Shown here one piece after another: positions 36,068-46,299 of a DNA stretch of 64,000 bases. Position 1 is the stretch's first letter; each line of letters opens with the position of its first letter. The position numbers were made by a program, and so were the translations under genes. This DNA comes from a candidate division WOR-3 bacterium (GTDB taxonomy: Bacteria; Hydrothermota; Hydrothermia; B15-G9; WFZT01), in assembly GCA_027053075.1 (NCBI GenBank), contig JALUEE010000086.1:20910-84909 (forward strand), in the 5' to 3' direction. The notes under the pieces are model-generated. The model did not search any database and was not told the DNA's origin. It was given only the letters and a program-made list of their open reading frames with translations.

Positions 36068-36811
36068 TTACTTCTTTAAAAATTTTGCCAGGGATTCGCG
36101 GGCAAATTGGGAATTGGCAAGAAATACCAGCTCACCAGAAGCCTCCCCAAAGAACACCATGTTCCTCTGACGGGCAATCCATTTTTTGGCAACCTTTACA
36201 GCAAGGGGGTCAGAGTTGGCTATTTTTTCTGCAATTTCATGGACCCTGTCCATCAATTCCTCTGGTTTTACAATAAAATCTACTATTCCCATTTTAAAGG
36301 CCTCTTCTGCAGTTATGGGCTCACCGAGTAAGGTGAGTTTGGCGGCTTTCTTCAGTCCTATTAGTGAAGGGTTGATGGTGAGACCTGCAGGGGGTATGAG
36401 ACCAATTTTTAATTCGGGAAAAGCAAATTTTGCAGCCTTTGACGACACAACAAGGTCAAACATCAATGTCATTTCAAAGCCTCCACCATAGGCAAGTCCG
36501 TTTATTGCTCCAATAGTGGGTACTGGAAACTCTGAAATAGCTCGTAAAACTCTGGCGAATCCATTGCTGAAAAATTCGTACAGGTTCTCAGTTCTGGTCA
36601 ATTTATCCATTTCATAGATGTCATTACCGGCAGAAAAGGCCCTGCCTTTACCTGTGATAATCAAAACCCTCAGATTATCATTTCCCTTCTCCTGATCCAG
36701 GATGTTGTAGAGCTCCTGCCACATCTCCCGGTTGAATGAGTTGAGCTTATCCTCCCGCGTAAAAGTTATGATACCGATACCATCTTTAAGCTCATAACTC
36801 ATGTACTTCAT
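36068..36811 (-). CDS. Enoyl-CoA hydratase/isomerase family protein
   Basis: AFSAGND, AYGGGFE, FPELKIG; SD AGGAGG before MKYMS. Confidence 0.92.
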   Translation of the reverse strand: MKYMSYELKDGIGIITFTREDKLNSFNREMWQELYNILDQEKGNDNLRVLIITGKGRAFSAGNDIYEMDKLTRTENLYEFFSNGFARVLRAISEFPVPTIGAINGLAYGGGFEMTLMFDLVVSSKAAKFAFPELKIGLIPPAGLTINPSLIGLKKAAKLTLLGEPITAEEAFKMGIVDFIVKPEELMDRVHEIAEKIANSDPLAVKVAKKWIARQRNMVFFGEASGELVFLANSQFARESLAKFLKK

Positions 36812-36875
36812 AATATGCCTCCTTTCCCTTAGGTTACCACAAATTGGACGAACATTCAGCCTTAAAATTGAAAGT

Positions 36876-37703
36876 ATGGAATACAGATCACCGCACGGCA
36901 GAATTGTAGATTTTAATAAAAAACCTCTGATCATGGGGATTTTGAATGTAACTCCGGATTCTTTTTATGCCGGTAGTCGTGTGATGGGAGAGGTGGAACA
37001 GGTTGCGCGGGCAATGATAGACGAAGGAGCGGATATCCTTGACATTGGGGGTGAATCCACAAGGCCGGGAGCCGAAGCTGTGCCACATGAAGAGGAATTG
37101 AGGAGAGTGGTACCGGCTATTAAAGCTATCAGAAAATTTTCAGAGATACCCATTTCAATTGATACTTACAAATCAGTGGTGGCAGATGAAGCAATAAAGG
37201 CAGGCGCTGATATTGTTAACGATATCTCGGGTTTTTCCTTTGACCCTGAGATTGTGAATGTGGTGCAAAGATACAGGGCTCCTTATGTCCTGATGCATAT
37301 CAAAGGAACTCCACGGGATATGCAAAAAAATGCTTTTTATGACGATGTGGTTGAAGAAGTCAAGGCTTATTCCAAAGAAAAAATAGATTATCTCAAGACC
37401 CGCGGAATAGAGCAGATTATCCTTGACCCTGGTATCGGCTTTGGGAAAAGGTTTGAGGACAATATTGAATTGCTGAAAAACATTGATAAATTCAAGTCGT
37501 TCAGCATCCCAATACTTGTTGGTCATTCAAGAAAATCTTTTATCGGGTGGATTCTTGGGGAGAGTGAGCCTGAGAAGAGGTTGTATGGTACTCTCGGCAT
37601 CACCGCATATCTAACACTTCAGGGGGTGGACATTATCCGTGTCCATGATGTAAAGGCCAATAGAGATGTGGTCGAGACTGTTAATAGATTAATGGCCCCG
37701 TAA
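36876..37703 (+). CDS. folP: Dihydropteroate synthase
   Basis: MGILNVTPDSF, DIGGESTRPG, DPGIGFGK, GHSRK, RVHDV. Confidence 0.97.
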   Translation: MEYRSPHGRIVDFNKKPLIMGILNVTPDSFYAGSRVMGEVEQVARAMIDEGADILDIGGESTRPGAEAVPHEEELRRVVPAIKAIRKFSEIPISIDTYKSVVADEAIKAGADIVNDISGFSFDPEIVNVVQRYRAPYVLMHIKGTPRDMQKNAFYDDVVEEVKAYSKEKIDYLKTRGIEQIILDPGIGFGKRFEDNIELLKNIDKFKSFSIPILVGHSRKSFIGWILGESEPEKRLYGTLGITAYLTLQGVDIIRVHDVKANRDVVETVNRLMAP

Positions 37704-37764
37704 TTAACTGTTCCATCCTTTCCTTGAGATGTAGATTTGGAGTCTCACGGTGAATTGGAAGTAT

Positions 37765-37816
37765 TTAGTGGTAGTCCCGATTTGGGAATTTATTCCCAAA
37801 TCGGGACTACCACTAA
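37765..37816. repeat. 52-nt near-perfect palindrome (25-bp arms)
   Basis: TTAGTGGTAGTCCCGATTTGGGAAT-TT-ATTCCCAAATCGGGACTACCACTAA. Confidence 0.85.
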
Positions 37817-37953
37817 CCCTATCGTTGTAAATTCCTCGTGTAATAACTAAGTCCAGGGAATACGGATTTTTTCTGCAATTCCTCATTTTCCACAGTCTGA
37901 ACTCTGAATACGGAATGATAATTGCCTGAAATAGCAGAAAAAGGAGGTGCATA

Positions 37954-38469
37954 ATGCGGAGTATAAAATTTGCTGCAGTGATTGCAATACTGGTCTGGGC
38001 ATTTGGCGTGGCCCATGCTCAGAGTGATGATGAAGGCTACTATACCAATATTTATGACATAAAAAACGGTGATATCGTGTATTTTGAAGGTGAGCAACCT
38101 ATCAATTACGATTACGGTGATTTTACCTATTTCCATCACGATAGAAGGAAGACCTTCAGGATACGGGTGAAATACTACAAGAGGGTTGTAGATGTTAATT
38201 CGGAATTCTTCGGTATGGAGGGTGAGGAGTACCCAGTAATAAAGGTTGAGAAGGTCTATGAACCTGATTGTGAAATTCCTTCTGTCATGCTGGGACCCTG
38301 GACACTTAGGCCTACTAAGAAGGAAATTACTTACACGCGTACACGTGAAGTTAACCGTGTTGCAGTTTATCCTGCATATAAAAAGAAAAAGAAGAAGGTA
38401 AAAACCGTCTGGTACTGGCAGAGAGGTGAAAAGCCCATCGGTATTCTCAAAAAATACTCAGGACAGTAA
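37954..38469 (+). CDS. Hypothetical secreted protein
   Basis: AGGAGG SD; signal peptide ending AHA|Q. Confidence 0.75.
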   Translation: MRSIKFAAVIAILVWAFGVAHAQSDDEGYYTNIYDIKNGDIVYFEGEQPINYDYGDFTYFHHDRRKTFRIRVKYYKRVVDVNSEFFGMEGEEYPVIKVEKVYEPDCEIPSVMLGPWTLRPTKKEITYTRTREVNRVAVYPAYKKKKKKVKTVWYWQRGEKPIGILKKYSGQ

Positions 38470-38471
38470 AA

Positions 38472-39560
38472 ATGAGATTTGTAAGCCTTCTGTTCCTTTT
38501 TATAACTTTACTGCAGGCAGAAGGGCCAAAGGTGATTGACCTCTCTCGACTGAGATTTCGATATTTTGTTCCCCAAAGTGTCATAGACTCTCTGAACTAT
38601 GAGGATATTTCTGAAATAGATTCAAAGTGGACGCATGTAAATGAGCAACGTTTTACCTGGCATAAGGTGCAATTTGTTGATGGATGGTACAATTCTGGTA
38701 TTAATGCCGGGATATTTATCGGGTTCCAGGCTCCGTTACACAAACTCATGGATGACGAGTATATTACTAACTGGATGGTCTCTCTTCAGGAATCGGGTGG
38801 AGATGAAATAATCTATAAAGGTGAAACGCGTATTTTCAGCCAGCTACAGTGGAGAGTCTACGAAATTCAATCAGATATTGGAGATGGCCTTTTTGTGACA
38901 GGAGGGTCAATTCCTACTGTTATGTTCCTTGCGATCACTCAGCTTGAACCACCACCCTCATCTCACATACATCCCCTAATTGTTGTTTATGGTGGGGCCC
39001 CAGAAGAGAGCAGAACACAGTTGTTCTCAACTTTAACTAAGTTTCTCAAAACTGTCTCAATTGTAAAGGTTGCCCGGGAAACAAAGACTGTAGCCTTGGG
39101 AAGCATGGAAAATCCTGATACAGTTTCCAAGCCCGATTCTGAGGTGGAAGTTTCCTACATAAAGGTAGAGCAACGCCGAACTGCTGGGGTTGGTTACACA
39201 CGATATCCATCAGGTTTCCAGGGGGTTAGTTTCAAATTTTTGAAAGGAATAAAAACTGAGCTGTCCATTGGTGGGCTTGTCGACGGGAAAGGTAAAGATG
39301 ATTATGAATACCATCTGGATGCATGCTTTGAGCCCTTTGAACTGAAGATTAAATCCCCTGTTTATATTGGAATAGTCTTTGGTGGCCGCTATTACAGAGA
39401 TAGAACGAGAGTCTATAACCTTTCAATTCCAATAAAAGCTTACTTGAAAGTCGGTGGAATTGCTGCAATGGTACCGATGTTCGGCATCTCTTATACATAC
39501 AATGAAAAATTAAGGAGGCACACGATGGCAGGAGGGTGGGGGTTACAGATAATATTTTGA
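38472..39560 (+). CDS. Hypothetical secreted protein with probable C-terminal small beta-barrel
   Basis: Signal peptide; C-terminal amphipathic strands ending GGWGLQIIF. Confidence 0.6.
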   Translation: MRFVSLLFLFITLLQAEGPKVIDLSRLRFRYFVPQSVIDSLNYEDISEIDSKWTHVNEQRFTWHKVQFVDGWYNSGINAGIFIGFQAPLHKLMDDEYITNWMVSLQESGGDEIIYKGETRIFSQLQWRVYEIQSDIGDGLFVTGGSIPTVMFLAITQLEPPPSSHIHPLIVVYGGAPEESRTQLFSTLTKFLKTVSIVKVARETKTVALGSMENPDTVSKPDSEVEVSYIKVEQRRTAGVGYTRYPSGFQGVSFKFLKGIKTELSIGGLVDGKGKDDYEYHLDACFEPFELKIKSPVYIGIVFGGRYYRDRTRVYNLSIPIKAYLKVGGIAAMVPMFGISYTYNEKLRRHTMAGGWGLQIIF

Positions 39561-39780
39561 AAAAGAGTGGGGGGATGCCTTCGGCATCCCCCACCTACCA
39601 ACAATTTTATTAATGAGATTTTCCAATCCGGAATGGATTTGGTTATTTCTTTATCACTTTTGAGCGTCTTATTGGAGGGATATTTCACCATATAAGACTT
39701 TTTGAAAATTACCACAGACCTTATATTTGAAGAATTTGTGACTAAGGAGGTTGACCTATTTTGAATGGATAAAAGGGGAT

Positions 39781-39822
39781 AAAAAAGAGGGGGGCGGCCC
39801 GAAGGGCCGCCCCACCTCTTTT
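39781..39822 (-). terminator. Rho-independent terminator of the porin operon (possibly bidirectional)
   Basis: Minus strand GGGGCGGCCC-TTC-GGGCCGCCCC stem with T tracts on both sides. Confidence 0.8.
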
Positions 39823-39839
39823 ATCAAATAAAATTCCTC

Positions 39840-40949
39840 TTACTTCCAGTCGTACTGGAGGTGAACACCAAAGAGCGTCTGGGAAACTTTGGCGTTGTCG
39901 TTGTCTCCAACCTTGCTGCTGAACAGTGCAAATTCAGGCTGGATGTAGAAGCTCTTTGTGAGGTTGAGCTTGTAGTTAGCAAACAGGACCATCTTTGTGG
40001 CCTTGTCGGTCTTTGTGCTATCGCCAGCAGCCCATACATCTTTCTCGGGCTCTGTGGCAATGTCCATACCGAGACCGGCGGTGAAGAGACCTTTACCCGC
40101 CTTGGCCATGACCTGTGCAAATCCGCCCATACCTGTTGTGTTCTTAACTGTTCCTGTGCTGTCAACGTAAGGTGCATGATATGCGCCCTCACAGCAGAAG
40201 GTGTAGAGGTTCTGACCGAACCAACCATTTACGAGTACCTTGGCAGGCCCGAGTGGGAGGCCAGCGAAAGCGGCCAATGCAAATGTATTTATTGTAGCGG
40301 TATCAGCTCCTTCCTCTTTGAAGGAATTATAGGAGAAACTTACATTGGCAGGACCAAATGCAAAGGACGCTTCTATTTTAGGAAGTTTTACTTCTGTAGA
40401 ATGATATGAAGTATCTGTAACTGCAGCTTTGGGCTCAACAAATGCGACCTTGGCTGGCCCTTTGCAGAACACTACTTCCCAAACCCTACCGCCGTAAAGG
40501 TTACCATAGCCGATTGCAGCGAGGTCATGGTTCAGTCTCTGGTTCGCAAACACGAAGTCAAGCACAGACCATGTGTGCCCAAATTTCACCTTACCCATTG
40601 GGGTATTGATCAATGCATAGGCATGGCGCAGCTTTAATACTCTCGTAGGAAATGTTCCACTTGAGGTATCGTGGTCAAATGAAAACCAGCCATTTTCATG
40701 CCACATTTTATAAGGAACACCTGCTTCAAAATACAGGTAGCTTCCATCATCCATTGTTCCCTTTAGTCTAAACCTTGAGTTACCAGGGTCGACAATAGCA
40801 AAGTTTGTCACGGCTGCTGATGTTCCTACTGTTGTGGATGAGAATGTCGGATCCACCCTGAAGCTGCCGCTAAATGACCATTTCATGGCCAGCGCAGGGC
40901 CTACTGCCAATATGGCTCCAAGTACTACACCCAGTACATACTTCCTCAT
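39840..40949 (-). CDS. Outer-membrane porin-like protein
   Basis: SD AGGAGG; signal peptide ending ALA|M; NSRF and LRHAY motifs, amphipathic strands, C-terminus GVHLQYDWK. Confidence 0.75.
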   Translation of the reverse strand: MRKYVLGVVLGAILAVGPALAMKWSFSGSFRVDPTFSSTTVGTSAAVTNFAIVDPGNSRFRLKGTMDDGSYLYFEAGVPYKMWHENGWFSFDHDTSSGTFPTRVLKLRHAYALINTPMGKVKFGHTWSVLDFVFANQRLNHDLAAIGYGNLYGGRVWEVVFCKGPAKVAFVEPKAAVTDTSYHSTEVKLPKIEASFAFGPANVSFSYNSFKEEGADTATINTFALAAFAGLPLGPAKVLVNGWFGQNLYTFCCEGAYHAPYVDSTGTVKNTTGMGGFAQVMAKAGKGLFTAGLGMDIATEPEKDVWAAGDSTKTDKATKMVLFANYKLNLTKSFYIQPEFALFSSKVGDNDNAKVSQTLFGVHLQYDWK

Positions 40950-40978
40950 ATCTCTTACCTCCTTTTGAGTTTTTTTCT

Positions 40979-41908
40979 TCATTTAAACCTTGTTTTTCCA
41001 ACCCTCTCTCCCCTCACAACAAGCACCGACTGCCTGGATTTCCTTATAACTTTTTCCGTTACAGACCCCATCAACACCCTTTTCAATCCTGATACCCCCC
41101 TCGTTGCCATTACAATTAAATCCACATTTTCATCGTCTGCATACTCGAGGATTTTGGGAACCGGCTCTCCTGAATCAACAAAGACACTTGTCACGACACA
41201 GCATTCATCCTGCATAATCTGCCTTGTAAGTGCTTCAAGCTGGTATTTTTCCCTCTCTCCTTCGGTAGAGATGAATTTATCAACTTTCCACTTCAATGTA
41301 TCCGGAAGATTTTCTCTGTCGATTTTAGGTGTCTCAAGAACATAGAGGAGAGAGAGTTTGGCTTTGAATTTTTCGCTAATTTGAACCGCAATCTCAAGGG
41401 ATTTCTTCGATCTCTCACTAAAGTCCACGGGAGCCAAAACACTTTTAATTTTAAACTGTTCTTTTTCTTTCACGATGTAGACATGAGATGGAGCGTGGCG
41501 GGCGATTTTTTCTGTGACTGCTCCGAGCTCGGCGATAATTCCAGGAACCTTCCTGTGATAGCCTATGACAATCAGATCAGCCTGGATTTCCTCGATAAAT
41601 TCAAGAATCTGGTTTACCGGGTGCCCCTGCCTGACCGCGATTGTGGGCTCTCGCCCCACGATTGTTTTTGCCCTTTCAGCGTATTTTAAAAGCTCCTGCT
41701 GGGCAAATTCACTGAGGCTTGAATAGATATCTTCCAGCTCTTCTGGCTGAGCAAATGTCCCCTCTAAGTCCTTTGGAAAAACTTTCTTTTCCAGTACATG
41801 GAGGAGGTACAATTCAGCACCAAATTTTCCCGCAATATTAGCCGCAGCCTCAAGTACCGTTGGTGAGTATTCTGAGAGGTCAAGAGAGGCCGCTATCTTT
41901 TTAAACAC
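40979..41908 (-). CDS. Tandem universal stress protein
   Basis: Two USP domains (DLSEYS...ADLIVIG; PVDFS...DLIVMATRG...GSVTEKV). Confidence 0.92.
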   Translation of the reverse strand: MFKKIAASLDLSEYSPTVLEAAANIAGKFGAELYLLHVLEKKVFPKDLEGTFAQPEELEDIYSSLSEFAQQELLKYAERAKTIVGREPTIAVRQGHPVNQILEFIEEIQADLIVIGYHRKVPGIIAELGAVTEKIARHAPSHVYIVKEKEQFKIKSVLAPVDFSERSKKSLEIAVQISEKFKAKLSLLYVLETPKIDRENLPDTLKWKVDKFISTEGEREKYQLEALTRQIMQDECCVVTSVFVDSGEPVPKILEYADDENVDLIVMATRGVSGLKRVLMGSVTEKVIRKSRQSVLVVRGERVGKTRFK

Positions 41909-41964
41909 TTTTTACCTCCATTTTCATGGCTTATTTTATTAGTGGTCTACCGAAATTTCAAGAT

Positions 41965-43143
41965 TTAATCGCATCTAAAAGCCTCTATTCCAGTTATGTC
42001 TCGACCCACTATTAAGGTTTGCATCTCATGTGTCCCCTCATAAGTATAGACAGCTTCAAGATTTGCAGCATGTCTCATGCAGTTGAATTCGATGCTGATA
42101 CCGTTGGCGCCGAGTACACTTCTTGCCCTTCTACAGATATTTAGTGCCATCCTTACGTTGTTCATTTTTGCCAGAGAAACCTGGGGATATCTCATTTTGC
42201 CGGAATTTTTAAGCTGACCAAGGCGATAAACGAGTAGCTGTGCCTTTGTTATCTCGTTAAGCATCTCAACCAGGTACATCTGGATGAGCTGATAGCGGGC
42301 AATTGGCTTCCCAAACTGTATCCTTTCTTTGGCGTACTGGAGAGCTTCTTCAAAGCAGGCCATGGCCGCACCGACTGCCCCCCATGCAATGCCGTATCTT
42401 GCCTGTGTGAGGCACATAAGAGGGTGCCTCAGGCTGTCTACTCCGGGCAGCCTGTTGGCCTCGGGTACCCTTACATCTTCAAGAACAATCTCGCCCGTAG
42501 CGGATGCTCTAAGGCTAAGCTTTCCAGTAATTTCCGGAAAGCTTACACCTTTCATATCTCTTTCAACGATAAAACCCAAAATTTTTCCACTATCTTTGTC
42601 TCTTGCGTAAACAACGGCAAAATCCGCGATATTCGCATTTGTTATCCACATCTTTGCACCGTTCAATACCCATTCATTGCCGTCTTTTTTCGCGTATGTA
42701 CGCATTGAGCCAGGATCAGAGCCGGCGTCAGGCTCAGTAAGACCATAGCACCCGATTAGCTCTCCTGATGTCAGCTTGGGGAGGTACTTCTTCTTCTGCT
42801 CCTCTGAGCCAAATGTGAATATAGGATAGGCTACCAGCCCTGATGTCACAGAGACGAAGCTTCTCATCGCTGAATCTCCGCGCTCCAGCTCCATATTTAT
42901 CAAGCCATAGGCGATTGCATCAATTTCAGAGCCGCCGTAATCTGCAGGTAGCCAGGGGGCGAGGAGCCCCAGCTCAGCCATCATAGGCACGAGGTGTTTT
43001 GGGAACTCCCCCTTCATGTAGTACTCACCAATTATGGGTATAACTTCTTTGTCAACAAAATCCCTTACAGTATCCCGGATGATTTTTTGTTCCTCTGTGA
43101 GGAGTTCATCAATCAGGTAGTAATCAGTACCTTTATAAGCCAT
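41965..43143 (-). CDS. gcdH: Glutaryl-CoA dehydrogenase-like acyl-CoA dehydrogenase
   Basis: YGLINMELERGDSAMRS, GLTEPDAGSDP, KLSLRAS, ARYGIAWG, TYEGTHE. Confidence 0.85.
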   Translation of the reverse strand: MAYKGTDYYLIDELLTEEQKIIRDTVRDFVDKEVIPIIGEYYMKGEFPKHLVPMMAELGLLAPWLPADYGGSEIDAIAYGLINMELERGDSAMRSFVSVTSGLVAYPIFTFGSEEQKKKYLPKLTSGELIGCYGLTEPDAGSDPGSMRTYAKKDGNEWVLNGAKMWITNANIADFAVVYARDKDSGKILGFIVERDMKGVSFPEITGKLSLRASATGEIVLEDVRVPEANRLPGVDSLRHPLMCLTQARYGIAWGAVGAAMACFEEALQYAKERIQFGKPIARYQLIQMYLVEMLNEITKAQLLVYRLGQLKNSGKMRYPQVSLAKMNNVRMALNICRRARSVLGANGISIEFNCMRHAANLEAVYTYEGTHEMQTLIVGRDITGIEAFRCD

Positions 43144-43169
43144 TTTTGCCTCCTATGTAGTAAAATCGG

Positions 43170-44366
43170 CTAAATTATCCCTTTTTCGTGGTAAACTTTC
43201 AAGGTTTTTTCGTTAAAACCAAGCAGTTTGTGAAGTACCTCATCGGTATGCTCTCCCAGTAGGGGAGGATGCAGGCGAAACTGAACTTTTGTTCTTGAAA
43301 ATTTTAACGGTGTGCCCACGAGTGGAATCTCACCTGCAGTGGGATGCTTCATCTTTACCACCATCTCTCGTGATTGTACATGTGGGTCGTCAAATACTTC
43401 TTTCATGTTGTAGATGGGACCACAGGGGACCTTCGCTTTAATGAGAGCTTCACACCATTCGGCAGTGGTATGCGTTAGCATGATCTCTTTGATTATAGGA
43501 ATAAGTTTATCCCTGTTTTTGACCCTCGAAGGATTTGTGGAAAATTCAGGATTTTCCGCAAGGTCCTCTCTTCCTGCTACTTCGCAAAACTTTTTGAACT
43601 GAGAATCGTTACCAACTGCGAGAATCATATATGAATCCTTTGTCTTAAATGCCTGGTAAGGCACAATATTGGGATGGGCGTTCCCATACCTTCTTGGAGG
43701 AACGCCTGAGATAAGGTAATTTGAAGCCTGATTAACCATAGCGGCTACCGCAGAGTCGAGAAGTGAAACATCAATATATTGCCCCATCCCACTCCTCTCC
43801 AGTTCGATCAAAGCTGCAAGGATTGCATTGGATGCAAACAAGCCAGTTATGACGTCAGTCCAGGCTACACCTACTTTCATGGGCTCACCATCGGGCTCAC
43901 CTGTAACAGACATCACACCACACATCCCTTGAATGATAAAATCATACCCGGGCCTATCCTTATAAGGCCCTGTCTGTCCGAATCCAGTTATTGAAACATA
44001 AATAATTCTTGGATTTTCTTTTTTTATGGATTCATAATCAAGTCCGTATTTTTTAAGTCCCCCGGCTTTGAAATTTTCTATAAAGACATCACTGATCTTC
44101 GCCAGTCTTTTTACAATCTCGACCCCTTCAGGGGTTTTCAAATTAACGGTGATACTTTTTTTGTTCCGGTTTACGGAAAGGTAGTAAGCCGCTTCCCCGT
44201 CGGCAAATGGAGGTCCCCATGAGCGGGTTTCATCACCTCTCCCGGGCGCTTCGACCTTTATGATCTCGGCTCCAAGGTCTCCAAGGAGCTGGGTGGCAAA
44301 AGGGCCAGCCAGCACCCGGGAGAGGTCGAGAACCCTTATTCCTTCAAGAGGTAAATTTACTTCCAC
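43170..44366 (-). CDS. CaiB/BaiF class III CoA-transferase
   Basis: DLSRVLAGP, NRNKKS, GFGQTGP, GYD, catalytic Asp in AWTDV, PPLLGEHT. Confidence 0.95.
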   Translation of the reverse strand: MEVNLPLEGIRVLDLSRVLAGPFATQLLGDLGAEIIKVEAPGRGDETRSWGPPFADGEAAYYLSVNRNKKSITVNLKTPEGVEIVKRLAKISDVFIENFKAGGLKKYGLDYESIKKENPRIIYVSITGFGQTGPYKDRPGYDFIIQGMCGVMSVTGEPDGEPMKVGVAWTDVITGLFASNAILAALIELERSGMGQYIDVSLLDSAVAAMVNQASNYLISGVPPRRYGNAHPNIVPYQAFKTKDSYMILAVGNDSQFKKFCEVAGREDLAENPEFSTNPSRVKNRDKLIPIIKEIMLTHTTAEWCEALIKAKVPCGPIYNMKEVFDDPHVQSREMVVKMKHPTAGEIPLVGTPLKFSRTKVQFRLHPPLLGEHTDEVLHKLLGFNEKTLKVYHEKGII

Positions 44367-45559
44367 TTAGGCTTTGGATAAATTGGTTTTGCCTGTGCAA
44401 CTTTCTCGGGCCATACAACAACCTGTTTGCCGTTCTGGACCTGAACTACAACCATGCCTTTCTTGGCAGGTCTTCCGGCAGAATCAAATGCGATCGGGCC
44501 ATAGAAGGACTCGAAGTCCAGTGATGCAATAGCATCTCTGACCTTCTTGGGGTCAAGGCTCTGTGCCTTTTCGATGGCTCTCTGATAGACCTCAACTGCT
44601 GCGGCAGATTCGGCCACGTGGTAGTCTGGAGTGTATCCATACTTCTGCTCAAAGAGCTTTACAAAGTTTGCAGTCGAACCGATGTAAGGATCAGAGAATT
44701 TAAGTGAAGGTGCCCACTGGGCTGCACCAAACACGCCCTCAGCATCCTTGCCGAGGTTCTTTACAAAGTCAACAAGTGTAGGTGCTACAGTTTCACCAAT
44801 GGCCTTTACGTTGATTCTCAGCTCTTTCATCTGCCTGACAAGGAGCACACCATCCTGATAGTGACCAGAACCGAGCACTACATCAGGTTTCTTTGCTTTC
44901 ACTTTGAGAAGGAGTGATGAAATGTCACTCGTACCAGCAGGATATCCACCAAATGTCACAACTTTCCAACCCTTTGCCTCTGCATGCTTCTTTGCACCGA
45001 GAGCAACGGATTTCGCAAAGAGCTTATCCTCGTAAACGATTGCCACCTTTTTAATGCCAGGATCGAGGTGAGCAAGCATATCGATTGTTCCCTGCAAATA
45101 CTGGCTTGCAACGTTCAGCACTGCGAATAGATTTTTGAAGCCTCTGGTGAAGATTTTATCACTTGCACCGTTTGCTTCAACCATGATCGCACCGTATTTC
45201 TCTGTAATAGCACTTGTGGCGAATGTGGCACTTGAACCGTATGGGCCAAGGATAAATTTAATACCGTGCTCTGTAATGAGTTTTTCAACGAGCTTGGCAG
45301 CAGTGTTTGCATTGGACTCATCGTCGTAGAAGACGAGCTTGAGCTTGTAGGTTTTCCCACCGACCTTGATACCGCCAAGCTTCTCATTGACGTACCATGT
45401 CCAGAACTCGTATCCGTCTTTCACGTACTTACCTTCTCTTGCGAGCTTTCCGGTCATGGATATGGCGGCACCAAGCTTTATCACATTTTCTTTAGCAGCA
45501 CTTTGCCCGACAATACCAAGGGCAAGGAGGGCTGCCAGCATCAGTTTTGTTCCCTTCAT
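44357..45559 (-). CDS. HAAT-family (Liv-type) ABC substrate-binding protein
   Basis: Signal peptide; IKLGAAISMTG, YDDES, LGPYGS. Confidence 0.9.
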   Translation of the reverse strand: MKGTKLMLAALLALGIVGQSAAKENVIKLGAAISMTGKLAREGKYVKDGYEFWTWYVNEKLGGIKVGGKTYKLKLVFYDDESNANTAAKLVEKLITEHGIKFILGPYGSSATFATSAITEKYGAIMVEANGASDKIFTRGFKNLFAVLNVASQYLQGTIDMLAHLDPGIKKVAIVYEDKLFAKSVALGAKKHAEAKGWKVVTFGGYPAGTSDISSLLLKVKAKKPDVVLGSGHYQDGVLLVRQMKELRINVKAIGETVAPTLVDFVKNLGKDAEGVFGAAQWAPSLKFSDPYIGSTANFVKLFEQKYGYTPDYHVAESAAAVEVYQRAIEKAQSLDPKKVRDAIASLDFESFYGPIAFDSAGRPAKKGMVVVQVQNGKQVVVWPEKVAQAKPIYPKPKWK

Positions 45560-45585
45560 AGCATTACCTCCTTTTTATAAAGACT

Positions 45586-46299
45586 TTAAATGCCAAGATA
45601 GGCTTCTCTTATTTCTTCCATCTCGAGGAGTTTTTTAGACTCTCCCTGGTAGGTGATTCTCCCGGTTTCTATGACATATCCCCTATCTGCGACCTCAAGA
45701 GCAACCTGGACATCCTGCTCGACCATGAGAACCGTTTTTCCCATTTCTCTTATATCTTTAACCACATTTATTAAAACGTCAACGATTACTGGCGCAAGAC
45801 CGAGAGAAAGCTCATCGATTAGGAGAAGTTTAGGATTGGCCATTAAAGCTCTTCCAATAGCACACATCTGCTGCTCACCACCGGACATATCGCCCGCAAG
45901 TTGCTTTTTCCTCTCCTTTAGCACCGGAAAGATTTTGTAAACCCACTCGAGGTCTTTTTTGATATTCTCTTTATCTTTTCTGTGAAAGGCTCCCATGAGC
46001 AGGTTTTCCTCAACTGTCATGCCAGCAAAAAGGTGTCTCCCTTCAGGGGCCATAGCTATCCCGAGCGATACCACCTTCTCGGCAGGCGTCCCAGTGATAT
46101 CCTTTCCCTGATAGATGATTTTTCCAGAATAAGGTTTCAGGAGTCCAGTGATTGTTCTGAAAAATGTGGTTTTCCCCGCTCCGTTGGAGCCGACAAGGGC
46201 AACGATTTCACCTTCGTTAACCTCAAGAGAAATGTCCCATAAAACCTGCATTTCACCGTAGCCTGCGTTCAGGTTTTCCACCCTGAGAAGCTCTTTCAT
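45586..46299 (-). CDS. livF: Liv-type ABC ATPase (LivF-like)
   Basis: GSNGAGKT, MSGGEQQM, IDELSLGLAP. Confidence 0.92.
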   Translation of the reverse strand: MKELLRVENLNAGYGEMQVLWDISLEVNEGEIVALVGSNGAGKTTFFRTITGLLKPYSGKIIYQGKDITGTPAEKVVSLGIAMAPEGRHLFAGMTVEENLLMGAFHRKDKENIKKDLEWVYKIFPVLKERKKQLAGDMSGGEQQMCAIGRALMANPKLLLIDELSLGLAPVIVDVLINVVKDIREMGKTVLMVEQDVQVALEVADRGYVIETGRITYQGESKKLLEMEEIREAYLGI

